Shown one piece after another: positions 1 to 12,279 of a DNA stretch of 64,000 nucleotides. The translations under genes were made by a program, and so were the position numbers. How positions within the stretch are numbered: the first letter of the stretch is position 1; the number at the start of each line of letters is the position of its first letter. Source of the stretch: Haplodiscus bocki (taxonomy: Eukaryota); NCBI GenBank assembly GCA_965655095.1, contig OZ296649.1:4650001-4714000 (forward strand), in the 5' to 3' direction. The notes under the pieces were generated by a model. The model worked only from the letters and a program-made list of their open reading frames with translations, searched no databases and was not told the origin of the DNA.

Positions 1-129
1 GAATTACCATTGTTTTCAAATAGTAAACTTTTGTTGTTTATTGTACTATTTTCCAAATTTTTTCTTCAAGTCGGTTTATTTATCAGTATTAGGTTCACAT
101 TACAATCGAAATTGACTTTTATTTTGTCG

Positions 130-420
130 CTATGAAAGATTTGCCGAAGTTCTACACAAGTTAAGTACTCTTTCTCCATTTTTACTTATTAGCTCTAAAG
201 AGTTAATATGAAAAGTTAATTGCTCTTTCAGTTCCTCGATTGCTTTTTTAGTAGACTCACCTTCCTCAGAAAAGTTTTCACTTGTATCTGAAACAGATTT
301 TCTATTTGGTTCAAAAAGTTCTTTTCCATCATGAAGAAAATCCTTTTTACATACTTTATCTTGTACAAGCGCTTCTCGCACTTTAAGTTTTAATTCACAT
401 AGTCTTTTGAAAGCTTGTAG
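130..420 (-). pseudogene. N-terminal part of the Polinton coiled-coil protein (homolog of 23500-24630 and 40595-41535)
   Basis: VQDKVCKKDFLHDGKELFEP aligns with LQAKIGEHDFLHDANELFQA (40595 ORF). Confidence 0.65.
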
Positions 421-523
421 TTTTTTTAGGCTTTTGGCTGAATAAATATTGAAACCAACCTGAAAATAGAAAAAAACGAATTCAATTTCTGAAAAGGGAA
501 ATTTTTTGAGTTTTTTTGGACAC

Positions 524-723
524 NNNNNNNNNNNNNNNNNNNNNNNNNNNNNNNNNNNNNNNNNNNNNNNNNNNNNNNNNNNNNNNNNNNNNNNNNNNNN
601 NNNNNNNNNNNNNNNNNNNNNNNNNNNNNNNNNNNNNNNNNNNNNNNNNNNNNNNNNNNNNNNNNNNNNNNNNNNNNNNNNNNNNNNNNNNNNNNNNNNN
701 NNNNNNNNNNNNNNNNNNNNNNN
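524..723. other. Assembly gap (200 N)
   Basis: Run of N; probably hides the copy 1 membrane-protein and ATPase region. Confidence 0.99.
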
Positions 724-759
724 GTAGCAGCAGACATCTATAAAAACTGTAATTATTTT

Positions 760-990
760 TGTATCTGTACAAACTTTCCTAATTATTTTCCCCTACCAGT
801 ATTTCAAAATTTTATTACATCCGAGGTAAGAGATGAAATTGACTTTGGATTTTTAGAAACAGTTGCGCTACCATTTTTAACACCAATGTCTAAAGCTCTG
901 CTATTTTTCACTAGGTTAAATACTAGTCTGTTAATATTATTACAAGAAATTGATGGTCTCGCCTTTAAAGTCAACTCTATCAACAATCTC
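760..990 (-). pseudogene. Polinton small basic (core-like) protein, C-terminal remnant
   Basis: LVKNSRALDIGVKNGSATVSKNPK matches VMKNPEHAL*IGAKNG (~38900) and the 21805 ORF region. Confidence 0.6.
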
Positions 991-999
991 AGTTTCTGA

Positions 1000-2080
1000 T
1001 TAGACGGTAATAATTTTCAAAGTAGGTTTAATTCTTTTTCTATAATGTATTATTTCAGTTTGGGAAGGAACTTTAAAGCCTGTGGGCTTGTCTGACGCAA
1101 AAATAAAAACTCTAGAATGTTTAATACCGTTCACAAAACTCCCTCCAATACATATTCACTCCCAATTGAACTTAATCGAGAGTGAAAATGTTTGCAATTT
1201 GAATACTGCTTTAAAAGTTTATAAGTTTTCAATCGCAGTATGAATTAAATCCTATTAATAATTTAGAAAAAAGTTTTTCATCAAACCACAAAATTTCAAT
1301 TGTTTCTAATTTTCTTTTCTTAGTTATATCACCTATAGAAATTTTCTTTTCATAGATTTTTAAATTTACAAAAGCCTTATTATTTCATATATTCCTGGTT
1401 CAATTTCATATTCAATGAGAAATATACAATTTTAAAATAAATTTTATAGGATCCGCATCAAATCGGTTTATCCTATGTAAACTTCCAAAATCTTGAAAAA
1501 TAGAAAGATTGTATTCAGCCAAAACGTTTTTTTAGCAATACTACATTCATCATCGAGAAAGCACTTAATTTCTTCTGCTAAAAGTCGTTTTGAGTTCTTC
1601 TTTACATTTATCTGTCTGTCTATCTTTTTTTCCAATATCTTATTTGTAAATGGTTTTAATTCTTCAAAATCTTTTTCAACTAAATCTACTTGATTTTTTT
1701 TTCAGAGTCAACTGAAAGTTTATATATTTTCAAGTTGGAAAAACACGTCCTTGCTTTCAGTAACAAAAATCTTTCAGTTTTTTTCTTCATTTGTAAAATA
1801 TAAAAAAGAAGTGAAATTTTCCAAACTTGTTAGCCCTATTAACGAATCTCCTCCTCATTTTAAAAAAATTGTTCAGCAAAAATGTTCTATTTGATTCATT
1901 CAAAAAATTGTAAAGTTGCCTGTGCTTTGTTTCTCTTTGGTTGATTAAGATCGTTTGTGTTTTTAGCAATTATATTTAACAGATCTTCAATCTTCTTTTT
2001 TGGAATAAATCTAGTTAGGCCCACCTTTATAATTTGAAAATCTTAGAAAAAAAAAGATTTCAATAAACATTGTTTTTTTA
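1000..2080 (-). pseudogene. Minor capsid (penton)-like gene B, copy 1
   Basis: N-terminal LKTQTILINQRETKHRQL block; EIEPGIYE and FDEKTF motifs shared with 37390-38590. Confidence 0.55.
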
Positions 2081-2149
2081 TGGAACCTTCCCTAAACGAA
2101 CTTGTATTCAACTTTATACTCTACTTATTACATATAAGCTTACCCTTGA

Positions 2150-3150
2150 ATATTTTTTTGGAAAATAGTAAAACTTACAGTTTCAACTTGAAAATTAACA
2201 ACATTTTTGTCATCATCTTCTAGATTTAAATTTTGTTATTCTTGTTTTTTTGTACACTTTAATCTTCATTCTTTGATATGAAATTCCTATGTCCTGGGCC
2301 AAGATTTATAGCGAAATTTGTCAAGTAAGAGGTCTTACATCGCTTACTATAATTCTATCAAAACAATCGTTTTTCAAATGAATCTTTCCTGCTGTGGTAA
2401 AACTAACCATGTTATCACTTTTGAAAAATCCTTTAGTGAACATGTTTATCTCTGGAAGAAATCCTAAAATTGCGTGAAAAAAAGAATTGTTATCATATTT
2501 GAATTCCGTACTGTTATTTTCACTGTAAGCTGTCATAATTGCTTTCATTGCTGTATCGTCAGCTTCAGATGTTAAATGAAGGATAAGAGCTTCATTAACT
2601 TCTAATATTGCATAAGTTCCTCCCGGTATGGACAAAATTTGTGCATTTGTCTCATGATATTTTATGTCTATTAATTGTAAAACTTCTTCAAATGTTATAT
2701 TGATTCCCTTAATCACATGCTCATAGTCTTGAGTTTTTTTATTGGTTTGATCAAATGTCTTGTTTCAAGATCTTAAACAAGATCAGATAATCGTTATTAG
2801 GGTGGTTTTCCCTTTTTTATCCTGATTTGATTATCATTGCTTGTTTTATTCTCACTTTCTGTTGCAATTAGATGTTGCATTTTGTTAATTCTAGTAGTAT
2901 CAGCATAGCAACGAGAAAAAAAATTAGGTTTTATGTTCCCATCAGTTATTTTGAAAAAAATGTCCAATTTCTCTGAGTTATTTACTCCTATCATCCATTT
3001 TCCTTCTTCTTTTTCTGAAGTTCTTTTAAAGGAAAAAATTGCTTTGATCTAATCAATATATATTCCAAAAATTTTTTGGTCTTGTTTTGTTCTTTCAATC
3101 AAAATATCACTATTCTTTTCAATCAAAAGTCTAAACTTTGCTGACCTAGT
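2150..3150 (-). pseudogene. Minor capsid (penton)-like gene A, copy 1
   Basis: ORF 2321-2716 (IPGGTY...NSFFHAILGF...KIHLKNDCFDRIIV) plus C-terminal LEDDDKNVVNFQVETVSFTI, a pattern typical of Polinton minor capsid C-termini. Confidence 0.65.
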
Positions 3151-3389
3151 TTGGTTCACTTAGTAAATTTAAAAACTTTGGGAAATACGTTTTTAAGCAG
3201 TTTTATTGTGTTTATTGATTGCTTTTCGAAGGTGTTTAGGTTTGAAATTGTCTTCTGCAGCGATGGAAAACGACTCATATGTTTTGCTATCACTTTTTTG
3301 TATCTCTGACTCATCTATCGGCAGGATATAGCTTTCATCTACAGAAGCGTAATTTACACTGTCAATTGTTTTCATATTGTTTTTTTAAT

Positions 3390-3800
3390 TATAAAAAAAA
3401 TATAATACAGCTGATTGAAAATCTATTTCTATTTTTTTGAGTAAATATAAATCAAACAATAGGCACCGCAGTAACTTTCAATTCCCTCTATCTTTTCCTC
3501 GAAAAAAGCAAATTCTCAATTTCCTTCCTTGAGAAAATCAAATTGTAAACTCGGCAGAAGGAAACCATAAGAATCAAGAATTTTTTCATTGAGTCATGCT
3601 CTCCAATGTAAAACTTTCAAGAGGTGAAGATTAATAAAACCATCTTTTGGTGACAACTTGTTCTCCTATGTCTTTTTAAAATTTTGCATTTAATGCTAAA
3701 TTGTTGAGCACCACATGTTGTAACTTTAAATTTGATGTTGCTTGATTTTTCAAATGAAATTTATTTATAAATTCAGTGAATGTCTTTAACATTATTTTTT
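3390..3800 (-). pseudogene. Adenain-like cysteine protease, copy 1
   Basis: Manual translation gives DGFINL...LHW...LDSYG...IESYCGAYCL, with the adenain His, Asp and Cys motifs. Confidence 0.75.
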
Positions 3801-6541
3801 AGCAACTAATTCTTATTCCATTTTACCTCTTCATTTATTTGTAATAGGTGATATTAATTTTGAAGATTTCATCTTTTTTGTCTAATCTATCAAACAAACT
3901 GACATCATAAAGTACTTGTATTGTAGCTTTAGCCGAATGTTCTAAAAAGTTCTCATAATCTATTTGTAAACAAGATAAAGACATATCAAAGGCCTTTTAA
4001 GATGCTTCTATAGTTTTATTTAGTAAAAATTTAGCTTTTCTGAATTCTATATTCCTGCTTCAAAAAATTTATTTTTTGAAGTCCATGGAATTCTTTTTTA
4101 TGATATTTGTTTTTCTCTGTCTAAGTTTTATTTGCTCTGTTGTTGTGTTGATGAATATTTTCATATTTTCCATGCTTTTATCTGGTAAGTTTTTTCTTCT
4201 GGAAACCTTATGATAAAAATCACTTCCACAAAGTTTGTCATTGCTTATAGAACTCGTAGATAAGTGGAGATTTGTACCAAACAAATCAACGACTAAACAA
4301 GCATGTTAAATTATTGTGTAAATATGAAAAGCAAAAGAAGTGTCAACGTATGCTTTTGGTTAATATTATTGTTTTTTTAGCTATGAATTCAAGTGTTTTC
4401 GTCAGTCTTCTCACGACTCTCACTGTTTTTTTCAGAAATAGGAAATTCGACTGCAGATTCACTATCAGTATCATACAAGTATTTAAAAAAAGATCCACTG
4501 TTGATCGATGGGGACCAGAGATTTTTCACTCTGAAAAAACTCAAAATCAAATCAATAAAGTGAATGATGTTTTCCGAAAGAAAGTTTTGTGTCTTTCTGT
4601 GTTTTCCAAAAAAAGCAACTGCATAATCAATTAAACTTTTTCATCGTGATGATTTTCTTAATAGTTATGATTAAAACCTTTTTCTCTCTGAAGAGAAAAC
4701 ATACATTTTCTACAAAAAAGGTGTTTTATTTTCTTCATAACTTTCATAAACTTTTTCTGTTATTTTGTGATTTTCAAAAGTAAACATTACAACAGCATCA
4801 CAAATTTTACTATAGAAAGTCTTTGTAGTGCAATCATTTTTTTGAATAGCATTAGGTTATTTTTTTCAATTGTAAAATTACGACCTGTACAAGCTACATA
4901 ATTTTTTTATATAGCATATAGTTTTCTGAAAAAATGTTTCGATTCTATAGGCTGTTTATAAAGGTTTGAGTAAAAAATCGAACTTAGAGGTTGTTATAAA
5001 AGCTTTTTAAAGGAAGATGTTTAGTTGGCAAACGGGATCACGCGAAAAGTTGGCCATTGAAAAAATACACAAAAGTTTAGATGGAAAGAACACGGAACAT
5101 TCGAATACTTTTTTTGTTTTATTGCCATGAAAAGAGTTGGATGAAATGTTGTTTTCATAGTTTTACAATTAATGACTTTCACAAATTTCTCGTTGAAATC
5201 AGTAAAAACAAAAAAATCAAGTAAATAGGTTTCGTTGGTTGGTATACTTCTACTGAAAATTAGACAAGCTTTATTTTCATCAGGATCGTTGAAAATATAT
5301 ATAGAAGCTGTTGTTAGATTTCAATCAGACAATTCATAATGGTCCTTTGCAATTTTTTGTAGTTTGATTGCTTGCTGTCACCTAAAAAGCCTTAGTCAGC
5401 CTTTCCCCCGTCTCGCTTGCAGACAGTTATGGTGCGTTAAACCACATTCATTGGTGTACTCCATCGGCATGTGTATAGGATGGTATCCCAGAGAATCTGT
5501 ACCAAAAAATTTTGAATTACGTTTTTTACCAGGAATGCTCAAAAGAGGAGGATTGCTCAAGCCAGTAAGGCTTTATTACCGCAGCGAATTTATGATTTTC
5601 TTTACTACTGGTTTGAAATGTGTGTGTTTGTTTTTAGTCTCAGGCAGGATCAATTTTTTATACATCACTAAGCGTGTATATGCTTCTTATATGAAAAAGG
5701 AGGCAGTTTTTTCAGCAGCGAAAAATTCGTATAAACCGTTTGTAAATGGTTTTAGCCTAATTATGTGATTTTGAAGGTTTTAAATGTTTTTAAGTTAATT
5801 TTAAAAGTCGAAGATACGGTTAGGGGCGTTGTAAGAAGTGTGGTTTAGTTTTAAATACTTGTAGTAGTTTTGTAGTGTTCTTACGGGTAAAATGTTTTAG
5901 GGGGTTGGTTTTTTCGATGATTTTGAGGTTTGTTTCGGAGTTTTCTTTGATTTTTTGAGATTAATCTGGTTTGCAGAGACATTTTTCAAATCTCTGCTCC
6001 CATAGTCAAAAGTCCCATAAAATTTCATTTTTTTTTGGTGATTACATATGTTGAGCCGTACGTGCAACGACGAATTCGGACGTTCCTGGCATGTGTTTTT
6101 TTCTCCCAAAATTAGAAATTTTCAAAGTTTTCCAAAAAATTTTTGATCAAAAATATAGCGTGTTGTTTAAATTTTAGTACTTCAAATGAATTATCATTCT
6201 ACAACAAATTTGCCACCTTTTCTATATTTTGGGAAAACCCAGTATTTTCTCCAAAAGTTATCTATCTCTTTTGTGCGCGTCTGAGAAATGTATTTCAATT
6301 CGAGTTCTAGGTCACGTTTGCTGTAAATTGGATTTGGAACAATTTGAATTCCAAAACTGTGCAATCGTGCTACTGGCAAGAATATGTAAAAAAATGCATG
6401 CAGTGAGAGGTTGATATTTCTCCCATATTGAAATATGACGAAAAATAATGGAGGCGAAATTGAGCTGGAGCTCAATCCATCATAAATGTCCATTTTCAAT
6501 ATACATATCTAATCATCATTAAAAGATGTTCAAAAATTAAA

Positions 6542-6611
6542 AAAATTCAAAACAAGAGGCTTTAGTGCCCATATGTTAGGGTGGGCACTAAAACTTCTTG
6601 TTTTGAATTTT
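6542..6611. repeat. 30-bp inverted repeat with 10-nt loop (hairpin or mini-MITE)
   Basis: Arm 6542-6571 vs reverse complement of 6582-6611: 28/30 identical. Confidence 0.9.
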
Positions 6612-7761
6612 ATGACATCAAAATTTTATGAAATCAAATAACATCAGAAGAAATGAGCAACAAGAATGCTGGCTAACACCGGCACATGCTTCTTCCGACC
6701 AGAATGTTTTATGATCAATTTTTCCCAGTGTTTTTTTGCTGGTATTTCTATGATTTTGAAAACTCCCATCTGAAGAGTAATGATATGGTTAAGAGGTTAC
6801 GTTTTAGTCTGTGAAGTCGCAGATTGGATTATTTGTTTTTTCTGTAGAATAGTATTTTTAAAAATATCAAACGATGCGTTTTATTTGCAATTTTTCTTCT
6901 ATTTTTATTTCCGTAATTCAGACAAAAGAAATAACAATGGACAATGATTTTTCAATAGCCAATGACTAGTTTTCGATTTCGGGCTAGGCTACACAAAATC
7001 GGTCGATTGAGGAAACGGATTGAATTTCGGAGCAAGGCTATTCTTTTTCTTTTGAAAAATTTCTTCCCGTAACTCATAGTTGGGACAGGGGTTCAGTTCA
7101 CTCAGATGCATCCTATTTTCCACTAGTCTTTGCCTGCGAGCTCAATCAACAAAATTGAACGTGCATACATTGAGGAAAGTTGTTTCGCCAAGCCACGAGA
7201 GTCCACAAATTGTGTGTCATCTGGCTTCTCGACATTATTTCTCTAGGAGCCGAACGTTGAATAAAAAACGAATCAATCCACTCTATTCACTTTTTTATTA
7301 GTTTCTGAACGAGGACCATGTGGGAAAACTTAAGAGAGGTAAACAACGTAAAAACAAGTTTCAAAGACAAAGGAGTCCTAATTTTTCCTAATTTCTGGCT
7401 TTTGTGAAAACGTTTTTGCCAATTTTTATCATCTGCAGTTGTGCTCACGATGATTCATTCTAGGTTTTGCTGGTTATCGAAATCACACATAGATGAGCAA
7501 TATTGAACGATATAAAGGAAAAATAATTCGAACGAAGATCAACGAAAGTCCTAGTCTTCTGTTTTACATTGTTTGTGACATTTTTTGTCAAAACAATGAA
7601 AAACAAGATGGCCGGCTAGCACCGGTATATTTTTCGCCCAACTACAAATATTTTGATCAACTTTTGCAAACGGTTAAAAACAAAACTATTGTTTTGAATT
7701 TAGATTTCAAAGAGTTCTTACAAACATCAATTCCACCACTGATTTCTGTACTTTATGCATA

Positions 7762-8230
7762 AGGGTATCACGAATTTCAGTTGAAAAAATTTTGTCTCAC
7801 AGTGCCAAAAAATTTCGTAGGGAAACCATTCTGTGTTTCACAAAGTTTCTGGTATCGAAAATTTTTATGGATGAGGGGGGGGGGAAGGGAGTATCACGAT
7901 TTTCTTTCAAATAATTTTTTGCCTCACAGTGCCGAAAAATTTCGTAAAGGAACCTTTTAGTGTTTCACTAATTTCGGGTATCGAAAAATTTTATGCTTAA
8001 GGGGGTTATGTCACGATATTCTGTCGAATTTTTTTTGCGACGCAGTACCGAAAAACTTCGTAGGGGAACCATTCTGTGCTGTGTTTCAGAAAATTTCCGG
8101 TAGTGAAAAAGTTTATAGATAAGAGGGGGGATTATCAAGATTTTCCGTCGAATGTTTTTTGTCTCACAGTGCCGAAAATTTAGTAAAGGAACCCTTTAGT
8201 GTTTCACTATTTTCGGGTATCGAAAAATGA
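7762..8230 (+). repeat. ~120-bp satellite array (4 units, alternating A/B)
   Basis: Repeated TATCACGA...GTCTCACAGTGCCGAAAAATTTCGTA...GGAACC...GTGTTTCA...GGTATCGAAAA units. Confidence 0.9.
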
Positions 8231-8253
8231 TAGGGATAAATCGTAAAAATATT

Positions 8254-8322
8254 TGGCACGACAGAAACTTGAACCCTGAACCTACTTCCTGAAAACCTTG
8301 TTGTCCTAATCCTACTGCTGTC
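8254..8322 (-). pseudogene. tRNA-like (SINE-head-like) remnant
   Basis: Reverse complement has a B-box-like GGTTCAAG, ends in GCCA, and is related to 10131-10200. Confidence 0.3.
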
Positions 8323-10130
8323 ATTTATTTTTGAAAAAAAAATTGGCAATTTTGGTCTGAAAAGAAAGAAAAGCGACCCTACTGAATGAATATTTTTTGC
8401 ATATTACATACGCGGCGAAAAGTAATAAAATTGGAAAAAATGGGGGTCCTTTCTGAAAAACCACTATGACATTCGAAAGGTTGCGATAAGGGCCACAGGT
8501 ATCAAAATCAAAGGACTAGAATTGAGCAAACCTTTTTGAAAACGAACGAAATTCCACAGAAATTATGTTTTCTGGCTTTTCAAACTATTTATTCCCATAT
8601 TTATTTATTTATTATGAACTTATAATGAAAATTAGAAGTTTAATATCTTAAACACCCTGAATTTATGGTTCAGTTTCAATTAGGTGTTCGACGAACTAAA
8701 AGGAACTAGTAGATTTTGAAGAAAATTGTTCCAAAACCGACGATAGTCCAAAATTTGGTACTCTGGCTTTTTTGAAAATATTTTTTGCTACTTAACTTAA
8801 GGACGAAACTTTCGTTGGAAAGATACAATCTGCTTCTAATTTTTTTGATTGAGTGTTTGCATAACAGAATTGAACGATTGTAACGTTACGAAAAAAATGA
8901 GCCTCCAAATTTTTTTGTTTCGTGTTTTCAGACCTCAAAACAAGCATCAGGTCAATGTTCACTTTAAAAAAGTCCGAATTTGATGTGCTTTATATTGAGG
9001 GATGTGTGAAAAATGAACGCGCAGACATTGCAGAGAAATGAACCAAAAAAGGCAATAAAATTGTGCTTTCTGGCTTCGCTGACGAAAGTTTTCTCAAAAC
9101 TGAACTTGCGGATCGGAGCTTCGCTCGGCCTTATTTTTCATTGTAGTTCTGGTTAGCTTTTGATTGAGAATACGAATTAAAGAATGAACGACCAGGCATT
9201 GAGAAAACAGATTTGTGGGCTGAAAGAAAGTCTACTACTTTCGTATTTTTTGCATTATCTCACAAATATTCAGGTATCTGGACAAAAAAATTGGAAGCCT
9301 GATCACTTCCACTGCAAGTTAAGTTGAGGGCTAGACGAACAGAAATGAACAAATGGGCACTGTGAAAAGTTGTTTTCAAAGTCGACGAAAGCCCAGACGA
9401 CAACTTTTTCTTGTATGATTTTTAGCGGGAAAAAGTTTAAGGTCTAGAACTTAGATCACTTAGCTCCTCTCCAAGTTTGATAAAGTTTTAATTGGGAGCA
9501 CAATGAACGAAATTTAACGGAAAGACACTGACAAAAGTCTTTTTCATCGATGGGTGTTCAAATTTTTGTGTTTTCTGTCCTTTTTGACATCTTTTTCTGG
9601 AATTCATTGTAAAGTCTACAGTTTGCTTCAGTACGGCCAAATCTATTTCTAAATAGTTTTTGATTAAGAATCGGATTGACAAATATGAAAGCATTGACAA
9701 CTGTCTGGAACCTGAAAATAAAGACTAGACATCTCTTTCTTCGCATACATTTACTTTAATTGTGGTTAGGTGTTGACTGAGGTTTCTATGAACAAAATGA
9801 ACGAGGAGGCATTTCGAAATTTGAGAAAAAATCCAATTCTTTTCTAGTATTTCTGATGATATTTTTCGTGGAGTTGAGTTTAATACCTGGAGTTAATTTC
9901 ACTTAGGTTCATTCCACTAGTGCTTAGCTTTTGACAAGGACTTCGGTCTAGAAAACTTAATAATTTTTGTGAGGTTTGCAGTTTTCTGATTTTCGTGAAC
10001 AAGTACGTCAGAAAAGACACTAGATTATCGATAGTTGCTCAGAAATTTCCTCAGGCAAAAACGTGGGCCTCAAATTGGTGAAGTAATATACTATTTTTGT
10101 TGGAGTTTTCAAAATGGTCAAATAAAATAC

Positions 10131-10200
10131 TGGGTAAATACTGGGATTCGACCCGTTCATAGCGCTTCAGAATCCTGTTGTCATACCCACTGGGCTATCG
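10131..10200 (-). pseudogene. tRNA-like (SINE-head-like) remnant
   Basis: Reverse complement has A-box-like TAGCCCAGTGG and B-box-like GGGTCGAATCC at tRNA spacing; no clean cloverleaf seen. Confidence 0.4.
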
Positions 10201-10906
10201 AAATTTTGACAAATTCCAAAAAAAGCATAAAAAATGGAAAGGCTGAGTTTTGTAGCCGGATTCAGTGCTTGAGAAATCTTTGCCCTGAACTCTCCTCAGA
10301 GACTTCAAAACTTTGTTAATTGGCAAAATTGACTGAAGAAAATTGAAAAAAAACAACCCAACTGGTTGAACGATTTTTCTCCCTTATCTAAAATATGGGG
10401 AAAATAGCAAGGAGAAAAGCTTTAGGAGGACCTTTGGAATTTTTACCATGTTCTACTTTTTCGTTTCGGCTAATCTAGGCATTATTAATTTATGTTACTT
10501 ATGATTAGAACTTATTTTTATGGGAAACAAAACAAAGCCTAAAAGCCTCTTGACGCGCTTTTAAGCCTATAGGTGAGCGTAGCCTATAAGCCTACAGGTT
10601 TGCGAATTTGAGAAAAATATTTCAATTACATAGTCAGGTGTCCGGAAATGAAAAAATACGAAAGTAGAACAGATCGAAGTTGATCTTTTGCTGGGTGGCA
10701 GATAACTCTAACAAAGGTTGTTTGCAGGAAACACAACTTTAACTTGGCTAGTAATTTATCTGTCAGAATTTTTCCCTCTGCGATCTACTTTTTTCGCAAC
10801 TTCATTCTCATTTTTCTGAATCTTTCTAAACTTCAGCTTGGAACTTGATTTTTCCTAATTATTTTTTTCAAATTTTTGACGTGAGACAACAACTTTTCAC
10901 TTCAAG

Positions 10907-11320
10907 TTATCGACTGTCAGTGTCATAGTCCTCTTCTAGGCTAACGTTTCGTGTTGTTTGGCCATGGAAGGGACCCGCTTCAGGATGAGGATCAGTCTGG
11001 GAACCGTCCTCATTCGTTCCATGGTTATTATGTGATGTGTTCCGGGTGGGCTCCGGAGTGGTTCCGGAGTGTGCCGGTAATAGTGGGTTCATCAAAAAGT
11101 CATCGAGTCGCGCTAGTGCCCCTAGAATGCGGTTTTCTGTTCTACTGAACTCCTTTGACAGCCTTTTTGTGACCCTTCCCTCAATTTCCTCAGAAACTTG
11201 AGTTATGTAGTCTTCCTGCGATCCAAGAGCGCTTGAGTTTTGTGCCAAGTTGCTCCTAGGATGGTCTTCACAGTTTTCCTTATTCAACGCTGCCAATTTC
11301 CTCTTGTTTCGAGTTGTCAT
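10907..11320 (-). CDS. gag: Gag N-terminal fragment encoded inside solo LTR 1 (open, 137 aa)
   Basis: MTTRNKRKLAALNKENCEDHPRSN...QEDYITQVSEEIEGRVTK matches the gag start at 51701; the ORF runs 14 nt past the LTR end to a flanking stop. Confidence 0.75.
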   Translation of the reverse strand: MTTRNKRKLAALNKENCEDHPRSNLAQNSSALGSQEDYITQVSEEIEGRVTKRLSKEFSRTENRILGALARLDDFLMNPLLPAHSGTTPEPTRNTSHNNHGTNEDGSQTDPHPEAGPFHGQTTRNVSLEEDYDTDSR

Positions 11321-11497
11321 CTCTTATGGGAAAAGTAATGATCAGTCAGTAATACGTGATTATTTCTGTTGAACGAGGAAATCAATTTCGATATTTTAAC
11401 AGTTTTGTTCAACAACGAAGGGAAATACAATACTGCATATTATCATCAGTACTTTACAATAAATAAAAAATTGTGTCCCCTGTACTTTCATTTTTCC

Positions 11498-11505
11498 TAT
11501 TTATA
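11498..11505 (-). promoter_or_regulatory. Candidate LTR TATA box (TATAAATA)
   Basis: ~180 bp upstream of the gag ATG; the same motif is at the equivalent position in solo LTR 2 (14124-14131). Confidence 0.4.
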
Positions 11506-11974
11506 CCTTTTCCTGGCGGGAAACATAGTTGTTTACACGCCAAGTCAAGGTACAAATAGGGAAAAGTACTCTCTAAAAGTATAACATCAAAGTTAGAAAT
11601 GCCGACTCTGGCGGGAAATAAACAACTTTTCCATCCATCTCTTCCATCATAGGACGCGCCTTTTCCATCTTCCGACAGAAAATGGAGGGTCCTAATCCGT
11701 CGGAGATGAACATCAAAGCGTTTATTCCCGCGCCGACATGTTGTTTACAGTATTATTCTACTAATTTCCTTAATTGGGAAAGGAAAATAAAATGAGTAAA
11801 ATGAAAAAATGAAGAAATAAAATAAAATACAAGATTCATGACTTCAGTCTAAAAATACATTAAATCATCATTTCCATGTTCATTTCATCATCACTTGGTT
11901 AATTAGTCTTTTAGTCTTTTGGAAATGAGGAGAAACTAGTATCACTGCTAGTTTACTCCTTGTTCCGATTAGTG

Positions 11975-12279
11975 GCTACTAGTGGTATCCGGAACAACTC
12001 CGTAGCCACTAGTAGTATTAGTTGAATTTCAGGTAGCTACTAGTGGTATCCGGAACAGTTCCGTAGCCACTAGTAGTACTAGTTTCAATTCAGTCTGCTA
12101 CTAGTGGTATCCGGAACAACTCCGTAGCCACTAGTAGTATTAGTTGAATTTCAGGTAGCTACTAGTGGTATCCGGAACAGTTCCGTAGCCACTAGTAGTA
12201 CTAGTTTCAATTCAGTCTGCTACTAGTGGTATCCGGAACAGCCCCGTAGCCACTAGTAGCATTTGTTTCAATTCAGTCA
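11975..12279. repeat. 5 x 61-bp tandem repeat with internal palindromes, inside solo LTR 1
   Basis: Units start at 11975, 12036, 12097, 12158 and 12219; each has a CTACTAGTGG/CCACTAGTAG stem. Confidence 0.95.

Larger units (their letters stand above)
1..6181 (-). mobile_element. Polinton/Maverick-like element copy 1 (degenerate, runs off the window start)
   Basis: Minus-strand remnants of protease, two minor-capsid-like genes, the small basic protein and the coiled-coil protein, in the same order as copies 2 and 3. A candidate terminus AGTACT ends at 6181 (boundary uncertain). Confidence 0.75.
7000..10000. repeat. Highly degenerate ~150-190 bp tandem repeat region
   Basis: Recurring TGAACG and TTCTGGCTT motifs at roughly regular spacing (e.g. 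~8870, 9013, 9184, 9345, 9503). Confidence 0.45.

Noticed and set aside
426-772. ORFs spanning N runs (also 47800-48072)
   Set aside because: Artefacts of assembly gaps.
11975-12279. Palindromic regularly spaced repeats resembling a CRISPR array
   Set aside because: The intervening sequences are repeated rather than unique, no cas genes are present, and the array lies inside a eukaryotic LTR.
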